Assembly: GCA_963827235.1 (NCBI GenBank)
Contig: CAWHAE010000018.1
Location: forward strand, 96,001-160,000
DNA length: 64,000 bases
Origin: an uncultured bacterium
GTDB taxonomy: Bacteria > Chloroflexota > UBA5177 > JANWHV01
Direction: 5' to 3'
Positions 56,445-64,000 of this stretch are shown one piece after another (the first letter of the stretch is position 1; every line of letters starts with the position of its first letter). A program made the position numbers and the translations under genes. The notes under the pieces were generated by a model. It was given only the letters and a program-made list of their open reading frames with translations, was not told the origin of the DNA and did not search any database.

Positions 56445-59400
56445 ATGGCCACACAATCGCAATCGACGACCGTCCTCGATCTGCAGCAGGTCGCTCGTCC
56501 GGCGGCGCGCTTCCGGCCTGCCCCGTTCTGGGCTTGGAACGAGGTGATGGAGCCGGACGAGGTCCGCCGCCAGGTACGCGAAATGGCCCGCGGCGGCCTG
56601 GGCGGCGCCTTCATGCACGTACGCGTGGGACTGCTCACCCCGTATATGAGCGAGGAGTTCTTCGCGGCCATGGCCGCCGCACTTGAGGAGGCCCGCGGAT
56701 TAGGCCTGCACCTCTACCTGTACGACGAGGACCGCTGGCCCAGCGGTTGGGGAGCCGGGGCAGTGCCGCTGGCCGATCCCTCCTTCCGCACCAAGTGGCT
56801 GCTGCGCGTGCCCGCCGGCGAGCAGCTTCCACTCGAGGGCGAGGCAGCGTTGCTCGCCACCGGTCCGGACGGCGTGCGCTACTACCGCTATCTCAGCCCC
56901 CTCAACCAGGCCTGGTTCTCCGGCGCCACGTACGCCGATCTGATGGATCGGCGGGCCATGCAGACCTTCCTGAAGGCGGCCTACGAACCGTACGCGGCCC
57001 GCTTCGGCGCCGACTTCGGCGGCCTCATCCCCGCCATCTTCACCGACGAGCCCGCCATTACCTTCCTTCCAGCCTACGTGGCCGTGCCCAGGGGAATGCT
57101 CTTCTGGACCGACGAGCTGCCTGCATGCTTCCTGGCCCAGCACGGCTACGACATACTGCCACGTCTGCAGGAGCTGTTCGAGGACCGCGGCTCCTTCACC
57201 GCCACTCGCACCGACTATTACCGCACCTGCGCCTGGCTCTTTGAGGAGCACTTCAGCAAGCAGCTCGGGGCCTGGTGCCGCGCCCACGGCATCGCTTTCA
57301 CCGGCCACTACATGCTCGAGGGCAGCCTCACCGCCAATCTGGCCTGGGACGTCTGCACGCTGCCCCATTACCGGCACATGGACTGGCCCGGCATCGATCA
57401 CCTGGGACTGCAGATTCACGAGGTGATCACCGGCCTGGGCTGCCGTAGCGTGGTGAATCAGTATGGCAAGCAGCGTATGGTGAGCGAGCTCTACGGCTGC
57501 TGCGGGCAGCACCTCTCGTTCGAGGACCGCAAGTGGATTGGCGAGCAGCAGATCATCCTGGGCGTCAACCTGCTGGTCCACCACCTTCTCCTCTATACCA
57601 TGGTCGGAGAGCGCAAGCGCGACTTCCCCTGCAACATGTGGTACCAGCAGCCCTGGTGGCCGCTCAATCAGGTCGTCGACGACTACCTTGGCCGGCTCTG
57701 CGCATTGCTCACCCAGGGCTCGATGGTGCCTGAGTTCCTGGTCCTGCACCCCATCGAGAGCCTATACGCCCTCCGCCGCCCTCCTTCGAGCGAGCAGGGT
57801 GCCTGGGCCACTCATCACACTGATGATGCGGCACGGTTGACTCCGCTCGATGAGGGCTTCCAGGCCCTCAGCCACTACTTGCTCGGCCATCAGCGCCAGT
57901 TCGACTACGGCGACGAGACCGTGCTCGCCGACTGCGGCACGGTCGAGAACGACGGCGATGCACCGCTGCTGCGGGTCGGGGCGATGACCTATCCCCTTGT
58001 GCTGCTGCCGGATCTGGCGAGCATACGTGCCGGCACGCTTGCCCTGCTCGAGCGGTTTGCCGCCGCGGGAGGACCGGTGCTCTCCACGGGCAGCCTGCCG
58101 TGGATGCTGGACGGCCGCGCTGACCGCACCGGACGGCTGGTCCGGTTCCTGGAGCAACACGTGCGACGAGTCGATATGCAAGGCGAAAACGATCTCGCCT
58201 CGCTGCTCGATCGCCGTCTGCTCCCGCTGGTCTCCGTCGAAGTCGAGGGGCCACGGCAGTGGCTGTGGCACCATACCAGGCGCGCCGGTGATGCGCACAT
58301 CATACTGCTGGCCAACCTGCACCGTGCGGCGTGCGTAACCGGCACACTGCACCTGGGGCCGGATCTGCGCGGCCCACTGTTTCGTCTGGATCTGGTGAAC
58401 AACACGGCGATCACCCTGTATGCCGCCGAGGGCCCGTTGCCGGCGATGCCCCTGCTCCTGGATCCCGGAGAGTCGCTGGTGCTAGTGGCCGGCGATGCCG
58501 TCCTCGCCGGCTTCTCCAGCGGCTCGCGGCCTTCACCGTCCGACGATACGGCGACCCTGGCGACCGTGCGCGAATGGAGCGTCGAACGACTGGACGACAA
58601 CGCGCTGACCCTGGACATGGCCGGCTTCCGGCGGCGCGACGAGCCGTTCGGCACCCCGTGCCCGGTGATCGCCATCCAGGAGGTGCTCAACGATACGCAC
58701 TACGACGGCCCGCTCACGCTGCGCTACGCGCTCGTCAGCGAGCTCGCACCGGCAAGCGCGGGGACCGTCCGCCTGGTTCTGGAGCATCCCGAGCAGTGCA
58801 CGGTCCGCATCAACGGACAGATCGTCGAAGAAGACGGCCTGCCTCCCTGGCGCGACATGCGCTGGCGGCAGCTGGCAATCGGGCACTCCCTGCGCCAGGG
58901 CGAGAACTGCATCGAGGTGGAGTATCCGACGTTCCAGCACGGAGACCCGAACAGCACCTACGACCAGTCGCGCCGCTATGGCACCGAGATCGAGTCGATC
59001 TATGTGGTGGGCGAGTTCGGCGTGCGTAGCCGGCCCGCCGGCGACCTGAGCCTCACTGAGCCGCCGGAACCCACCCCGCCGTGGGCACTGTGCGCCGTGG
59101 ACGGCCCGTTTGCACTGGAGGCGTCGCGCTCGCTCGCCGTGGGTAACCTCGTCGAGCAGGGATTGCCCTTCTATGCCGGCCGCATTTCCTGCCGGGCGAG
59201 TCTTTCACTGGACGACCTGCCGGCCGGACCGGTCTGGCTCGCGCTCGAGCGCCTCAGCGTGCCGGTCGTCGAGGTCCTGGTCAACGGTCGGCCGGCAGGT
59301 ACGTTTGCCTGGCGCCCGTACCGGGTGGCCATCGACTCCTTCCTGGTACGGGGCGAGAATCGCATTGAGCTCGTGCTCTACCACAGCCTGCGTAACCTGC

Positions 59401-59627
59401 TCGGTCCGCATCACTTTCCCGCCGGCGAGGAGTACGGGACTGGCCCGCACAGCTTCAGGGGGCAGGATGCGGATTGGGCCGACCTGCTGGTGCGTGGCGA
59501 GGAAGGTGCAGGCTGGCGCCCCTCCTACGCGCTTACCGAGTTCGGCCTGTTCGGCACGGTCCGGGTGCTCGTCGCCGGTGGCGGCGCGGAACCCGGGCCG
59601 CACTCTGGAAGCACGGGAGAGGCGTGA
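56445..59627 (+). CDS. GH106-like (alpha-L-rhamnosidase-like) glycoside hydrolase, ~1060 aa
   Basis: PFWAWN, GLGGAFMH, LYDEDRWPSG, IFTDEP, TGHYMLE, PGIDHL, SELYG, C-terminal PFYAG...W.PY...N.IE. Confidence 0.8.
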   Translation: MATQSQSTTVLDLQQVARPAARFRPAPFWAWNEVMEPDEVRRQVREMARGGLGGAFMHVRVGLLTPYMSEEFFAAMAAALEEARGLGLHLYLYDEDRWPSGWGAGAVPLADPSFRTKWLLRVPAGEQLPLEGEAALLATGPDGVRYYRYLSPLNQAWFSGATYADLMDRRAMQTFLKAAYEPYAARFGADFGGLIPAIFTDEPAITFLPAYVAVPRGMLFWTDELPACFLAQHGYDILPRLQELFEDRGSFTATRTDYYRTCAWLFEEHFSKQLGAWCRAHGIAFTGHYMLEGSLTANLAWDVCTLPHYRHMDWPGIDHLGLQIHEVITGLGCRSVVNQYGKQRMVSELYGCCGQHLSFEDRKWIGEQQIILGVNLLVHHLLLYTMVGERKRDFPCNMWYQQPWWPLNQVVDDYLGRLCALLTQGSMVPEFLVLHPIESLYALRRPPSSEQGAWATHHTDDAARLTPLDEGFQALSHYLLGHQRQFDYGDETVLADCGTVENDGDAPLLRVGAMTYPLVLLPDLASIRAGTLALLERFAAAGGPVLSTGSLPWMLDGRADRTGRLVRFLEQHVRRVDMQGENDLASLLDRRLLPLVSVEVEGPRQWLWHHTRRAGDAHIILLANLHRAACVTGTLHLGPDLRGPLFRLDLVNNTAITLYAAEGPLPAMPLLLDPGESLVLVAGDAVLAGFSSGSRPSPSDDTATLATVREWSVERLDDNALTLDMAGFRRRDEPFGTPCPVIAIQEVLNDTHYDGPLTLRYALVSELAPASAGTVRLVLEHPEQCTVRINGQIVEEDGLPPWRDMRWRQLAIGHSLRQGENCIEVEYPTFQHGDPNSTYDQSRRYGTEIESIYVVGEFGVRSRPAGDLSLTEPPEPTPPWALCAVDGPFALEASRSLAVGNLVEQGLPFYAGRISCRASLSLDDLPAGPVWLALERLSVPVVEVLVNGRPAGTFAWRPYRVAIDSFLVRGENRIELVLYHSLRNLLGPHHFPAGEEYGTGPHSFRGQDADWADLLVRGEEGAGWRPSYALTEFGLFGTVRVLVAGGGAEPGPHSGSTGEA

Positions 59628-59787
59628 GATCGCTCTGCGCGAACGTCGAGTAGATTGGACCGTGGCAGAGCACGACGGGGGGCACGCCGGCCGTTGCAGT
59701 GCGACTCGTTTCTCGGACGGACAAGCTACCGGCAGGAACCGGTGGCCTGTCCGTGCCGCCGCGTGGTGACGCTGTCTCGACCCAGGC

Positions 59788-59815
59788 CATTTCTCTGACT
59801 ATAATCAGAGAAATG
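59788..59815 (+). promoter_or_regulatory. MarR-type operator CATTTCTCTGA-N6-TCAGAGAAATG enclosing -10 TATAAT and the start codon (leaderless)
   Basis: 11-bp perfect arms; TATAAT at 59800-59805; ATG at 59813. Confidence 0.75.
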
Positions 59816-60697
59816 GATGCCGCGGCAGTACAGCAGGTACGCAGCTTCAACCGCACGGTCGCCGAACGGATCGGTGCCCTCGAGGACCGTTTCCTTGGAC
59901 GCGCCCGTCCCATGGCCGAGGCGCGAACGCTATGGGAGATTGGTCCTTCCGGCACCGACGTGCGGGCCCTGCGCGCCCGCCTGAGTCTCGATTCGGGCTA
60001 CATGAGTCGCCTGCTGCGGTCCCTGGAGCGCCAGGGCCTGGTCGCGCTCACCACGAGTGCCGCTGACCGCCGGGTGCGGCGCGTGCAGCTCACCACGGCC
60101 GGGCTCGCCGAGCGAGCCGAGCTGGACCGGCGTTCCGATGAGGTCGCCGAGGGCATGCTGGAGCCGCTCAGCACGAGCCAGCGGGTCAGGTTGCTGGCGG
60201 CCATGCGGGAGGTCGAGCGGCTGCTCGCCGCCACTCTGGTGCGCTTCGCCGTCGAGGTTCCGTCGTCGCCCGATGCCCTGTATTGCCTGCAGCAGTACTT
60301 CGACGAGCTGAGCACGCGCTTCGAGGCAGGCTTCGACCCGTCGCGCAGCATCTCTGCCGGCGCACACGAGCTGGCACCGCCGGCCGGCGTGCTGTTGGTG
60401 GCGCGGCTGCGGGCCCGGCCCGTCGGCTGCGGCGCACTCAAGCTTCATCAGGACGCCCCGGCCGAGCTGAAGAGGATGTGGGTGGCACCGGAAGCGCGCG
60501 GACTCGGGGTCGGCCGGAGGCTGCTGCACGAGCTGGAGCGGTATGCGCGGCAGGCGGGCGCGCGGGTGATACATCTGGAGACCAATCGAGCCTTAAGCGA
60601 GGCCATCGCGCTCTACCGCGGCAACGGCTACCGGGAAGTACCGGCATTCAACGACGAGCCCTACGCCCATCACTGGTTTGAGAAGCTGCTGTCCTGA
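59813..60697 (+). CDS. MarR-HTH + GNAT acetyltransferase fusion, ~294 aa
   Basis: LSLDSGYMSRLL...DRR; ELKRMWV...RGLGVG...LY...GY. Confidence 0.92.
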   Translation: MDAAAVQQVRSFNRTVAERIGALEDRFLGRARPMAEARTLWEIGPSGTDVRALRARLSLDSGYMSRLLRSLERQGLVALTTSAADRRVRRVQLTTAGLAERAELDRRSDEVAEGMLEPLSTSQRVRLLAAMREVERLLAATLVRFAVEVPSSPDALYCLQQYFDELSTRFEAGFDPSRSISAGAHELAPPAGVLLVARLRARPVGCGALKLHQDAPAELKRMWVAPEARGLGVGRRLLHELERYARQAGARVIHLETNRALSEAIALYRGNGYREVPAFNDEPYAHHWFEKLLS

Positions 60698-60886
60698 GTC
60701 GCGCCGTCGCTCGCTCATACGGCATGTAGACATGTAATTCTCAGGAGCCGGCTACGGAGCGCCATAGTACACTACAGGTAACCCGCGTGAGCACGCGCTT
60801 GGCGTTGGCTCCCCTGGATGTAGTAGCCGATCGATCAGGACGCGGGACGCCACGGCTTGGCCTGTGCCGCGAGGGAGTATCGGAGC

Positions 60887-61243
60887 ATGGGCTTGTCGCG
60901 CGCGCCCGCTCTCTACGAGCAGATCTACGGGCTCGTCGCCATGGTGCCAGCCGGGAAGGTCGCCACCTACGGTGACATCGCCGGCATTCTGGGTACCTGC
61001 GAGGCGCGTACCGTCGGCTATGCGCTCAATGCCCTGCCTCCGGGTCGCGATCGCGAGGTTCCCTGGCAGCGCATCGTCAACAGCAGGGGTGGTGTCAGCA
61101 CGCCCGGCCCCGATCAGCGCGCTCTGCTGGAAGCTGAAGGCGTCGTCTTCGACGAGCGCGGCTACATTCCCCTGAGCCGCTATCGCTGGCAGGGCCCGGT
61201 GGACGACGACGCGGGCGGCGAGCAGCAACTGGCGCTGTTTTGA
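60887..61243 (+). CDS. alkyltransferase-like protein (ATL/YbaZ, MGMT family), ~118 aa
   Basis: VPAGKVATYGDIA, ARTVGYAL, PWQR (Trp replaces the catalytic Cys). Confidence 0.9.
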   Translation: MGLSRAPALYEQIYGLVAMVPAGKVATYGDIAGILGTCEARTVGYALNALPPGRDREVPWQRIVNSRGGVSTPGPDQRALLEAEGVVFDERGYIPLSRYRWQGPVDDDAGGEQQLALF

Positions 61244-61360
61244 CCGGCGGGTCTTTGCCTATTGGAACGCGGCCTTGAACAGCAATGGACAACACGGCGC
61301 GGTATGCCGGTGCCCGGCCAGGCCGGCGGGGAGAAGTGCCAAGCCGAATCGAGTGGTGAG

Positions 61361-61783
61361 ATGAAGTCGCATACCGAGTACCTGACGCTCAACATCCCGG
61401 CCCGTGTTGCCTTCGAGAACATCACCCCGCTGGTCGACGCCATCGTGCGCAAGAGCGGCGTCAAGGAGGGCCTCGTGCTCTGCAACGCCATGCACATCAC
61501 CGCCAGCATATTCATCAACGACGACGAGCCCGGTCTGCATGAAGACTACGCGCGCTGGCTGGACACCATCGCACCCTTCGATCCATCGCCCACGCGCTAT
61601 CACCACAACCGCACCGGCGAGGACAACGCGGATGCCCACATGAAGCGGCAGGTCATGGGCCGCGAGGTGGTGGTTGCGATCACGAACGGCAAGCTGGATT
61701 TCGGCCCGTGGGAGCAGATCTTCTACGGTGAGTTCGACGGCCGGCGGCCCAAGCGGGTGCTCGTCAAGGTGATCGGAGAATAG
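61361..61783 (+). CDS. yjbQ: YjbQ/UPF0047 family protein, 140 aa
   Basis: [28 protein letters not shown]. Confidence 0.92.
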   Translation: MKSHTEYLTLNIPARVAFENITPLVDAIVRKSGVKEGLVLCNAMHITASIFINDDEPGLHEDYARWLDTIAPFDPSPTRYHHNRTGEDNADAHMKRQVMGREVVVAITNGKLDFGPWEQIFYGEFDGRRPKRVLVKVIGE

Positions 61784-62282
61784 CCAAGCGGCGCCGTCGA
61801 GAGCCAGGACCGGATTCCGGATCGCGGTCTGGTGCAGGTCGCTGCCCAGGACGCCATCTTCTGCGTCGTTGGTTGGCCGGGGCGCCGCCTGGTCGGGCGG
61901 CGGGCCAGGAGCCCGTATTCCGTTTCCATCGTCCTGCCTCTTGGTGCCATTCTATCGTCGGCATGCGGATCGGAGCGGACTCGAGGGGAGGCGTGGACGA
62001 GGCGCCGATCTGCTATCATCAGTTGCGGCGACGGGGCCAGCGACATCGGCAATGATCCGCCGAACGACGTTCAGCGCGTGGCGATGGTGGAGCCCGCCGC
62101 AGGGCATCGTCCCTTGCCTGGCGGTTGCCCGCAGCATCCGCTCCCTCAGACCCTGCAGCTCGACGTTGCGATTCGGCGACTGGCGCCTCAGGCGCCGCGG
62201 ACGCTGCGGATGTCGTTGCCGCGAATGGGGCAAAGTGCCGGCGGCGCCCGCGTTTGCGGGCGTTCGTGGCAAGGGGGGTGGT

Positions 62283-63602
62283 ATGCGCGTTTACGACTAT
62301 GCGTCCATGACAGCCGGCGAGCTGCGTACCGTGCTGCGCCGCTCCACGGCCGACATCTTCAAGCCGGAGCACATGAACGCCGTCCGCTCCATCTTCGAGC
62401 GCGTGCGCGAGTCCGGCGACGCGGCGCTCGTCGATGCGTTGAAGGAGTTCGACGGCGTGAGCCTGGGGGCCTCCGATCTGCCTATCTCTGCGCGCGAGAT
62501 AGACGAAGCCAAACGGCAGGTCTCGCCGACCGTGCAGCGTGCGATCTCGGCGTCGATCGATGCGGTGCGCCGCTACAATGAGCGGCTGCTGCAGGGCAGC
62601 TCCTGGCTGGAGACCTTCGCGCCCGGCGTGGTGCTCGGCGAGAAGAGCACGCCTATCGATCGCGTCGGACTGTACGTACCCTGCGGCAAGGGCTCGTTCC
62701 CCTCCGTGCTGGTGCAGATCGCCACGCCGGCCGTCGTCGCCGGGGTGCCCGAGATCGCCGTCGTCCTGCCTCCCATGAAGGGTCGCGGCAAGGCCGTCGA
62801 TCCCGCCGTGCTGGTCGCCGCGGATCAGTTGGGGCTGCGGGAGATCTATCGCGTGAACGGACCCTCCGGCGTGGCCGCGCTGGCAATCGGCACCGCCACC
62901 ATCCCGCGCGTGCGCAAGATCGCCGGCCCGGGCTCGCCGGCGGTAACCGCCGCGCAGATCCTGGCTCAGCTGGAGGGCGTCGAAGTGTCGCTGCTCTTTG
63001 GTCCGTCCGAGAGCCTGATGCTGGCCGACGATTCCGCCGATCCGCGTATTCTGGCAGCAGACTACCTCAACGAGGCGGAGCACGGCCACGACTCGGCGTC
63101 GCTGCTCGTCACACCATCCCAAGCCCTCGTGGAAGCGGTGGAGCGCGAGGTGGAGATTCAGCTGGCAGCGCTGCCGGAATGGAGGCGAGAGTTCGCCGTC
63201 TCCGCCACGACGAAGTTCGGCGGCGCCATCATCGTGCGCGATCTGGACGAGGGAATCGCGTTTGCCAATGACTACGCGGCCGAGCACATGCAGATCGCCA
63301 CGCGCGACCCGCTCTTTGTGCTCGCCAAGCTGAACAACGCCGGCGAAATGCTGCTGGGCCAGCACACGCCGGTCTCGGCGGCCAATTTCGCCATTGGAGT
63401 GCCGGCTACCCTGCCGACGGGTGGATTCGCGCACGTGAGCTCTGCCGTGACCGCGCACAGCTTCCGCAAGCGCAGCTCCGTGGCCTACCTCAGTGAAGAG
63501 GGCCTGGCACCGATGGCGGACACAATTCTCGCCCTGGCCGACCATGAGGGGTTTCCCCAACATGCGGCCAGTATTCGTATTCGCGGCCTGGGATCCCTGT
63601 AG
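62283..63602 (+). CDS. histidinol dehydrogenase-family paralog with altered active site, ~439 aa
   Basis: GLYVP.G, GPG, GPSE, EAEHG, AEHMQI, LPTGG, EGFPQH. Confidence 0.85.
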   Translation: MRVYDYASMTAGELRTVLRRSTADIFKPEHMNAVRSIFERVRESGDAALVDALKEFDGVSLGASDLPISAREIDEAKRQVSPTVQRAISASIDAVRRYNERLLQGSSWLETFAPGVVLGEKSTPIDRVGLYVPCGKGSFPSVLVQIATPAVVAGVPEIAVVLPPMKGRGKAVDPAVLVAADQLGLREIYRVNGPSGVAALAIGTATIPRVRKIAGPGSPAVTAAQILAQLEGVEVSLLFGPSESLMLADDSADPRILAADYLNEAEHGHDSASLLVTPSQALVEAVEREVEIQLAALPEWRREFAVSATTKFGGAIIVRDLDEGIAFANDYAAEHMQIATRDPLFVLAKLNNAGEMLLGQHTPVSAANFAIGVPATLPTGGFAHVSSAVTAHSFRKRSSVAYLSEEGLAPMADTILALADHEGFPQHAASIRIRGLGSL

Positions 63603-63710
63603 CCTGCCGCGCGTGGGTGTCGCGGCGGGTACCGTCCGCTGATGCACGGCTGACATCTCTCGCCTGCCAGGCAGTGGCGGCGAGCCGAAGCATAATGTAG
63701 GGAGGCGGTA

Positions 63711-64000
63711 ATGGCTCGACAATCGATCCGGGCACTGGTAGTTCGCGCACTGGCTTCGACTGTGCTCCTCACCGGCATGCTTGGCGGTGCCTTGCACGGT
63801 GCCGGCACGGTGTCGGCGCAGCACGCGGGACTTGCCTCGCTGGCAATGGGCACCGAGCCGTGGATCGGCTACGGGCCGTGGTGGATCGCCAAGGCAAAGG
63901 GATTCTTCCAGAAGGAAGGGCTCAACGTCCAGCTGATTACCTTCGAACAGGACGCCGATCTTGACGCCGCTCTGGCCTCCGGCCACACCCAGGTGGCCAA
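63711..64000 (+). CDS. NMT1/THI5/SsuA-like ABC substrate-binding protein (5' part, runs off the window)
   Basis: GGGAGG RBS; MARQSIRAL...EPWIGYGPWWIAKAKGFFQKEGLNVQL. Confidence 0.85.
   Translation, partial: MARQSIRALVVRALASTVLLTGMLGGALHGAGTVSAQHAGLASLAMGTEPWIGYGPWWIAKAKGFFQKEGLNVQLITFEQDADLDAALASGHTQVA

Noticed and set aside
60740-60835. Nested short inverted repeats (CGGCTAC...GTAGCCG) suggesting an ncRNA
   Set aside because: No SRP, tmRNA, 6S or tRNA signature; compatible with chance in GC-rich DNA.
60887-61243. Active O6-methylguanine methyltransferase (ogt)
   Set aside because: PCHR is replaced by PWQR, so it is the non-catalytic ATL type.

Overview
High-GC bacterial window with no recognisable rRNA, tRNA, CRISPR array, prophage or transposase. 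Gene styles look Chloroflexota/Actinomycetota-like, but this is inference. Contents from left to right: (1) an 8-gene minus-strand operon tusA - mvhD-like - hdrA/GltD-like fusion - hdrA - small wHTH - hdrC-like - hdrB/CCG-like - dsrE2-like, bracketed by two CsoR/CstR-type TACC-N7-GGTA operators; (2) a FadR/GntR regulon for non-phosphorylative sugar/sugar-acid catabolism (Zn-dehydrogenase, UroD/MtaA-like protein, SDR, CUT1 ABC importer, IlvD-family dehydratase, DHDPS-family lyase), with five related sigma70 promoters and a perfect 42-bp palindrome; (3) mixed accessory genes (GAF-4xPAS kinase, DsbA/FrnE, second UroD-fold protein, MacB/FtsX ABC, adenylate kinase, ABC-2 exporter with NarL two-component system, LLM monooxygenase, NAD-formate dehydrogenase, FGGY kinase, S53 peptidase pseudogene, MFS, SH3 lipoprotein); (4) a LacI-controlled glycan locus with a beta-propeller-permease fusion, two large unknown proteins, an RhmD-like dehydratase and a GH106-like hydrolase; (5) MarR-GNAT, ATL, YjbQ, a divergent HisD paralog and a truncated NMT1/THI5-like binding protein. 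The best candidates for undescribed systems are the Hdr/TusA/DsrE module, the LacI glycan locus and the FadR regulon. Several start codons were moved from the ORF track using RBS and overlap evidence. All family calls come from motif recognition, not database searches.
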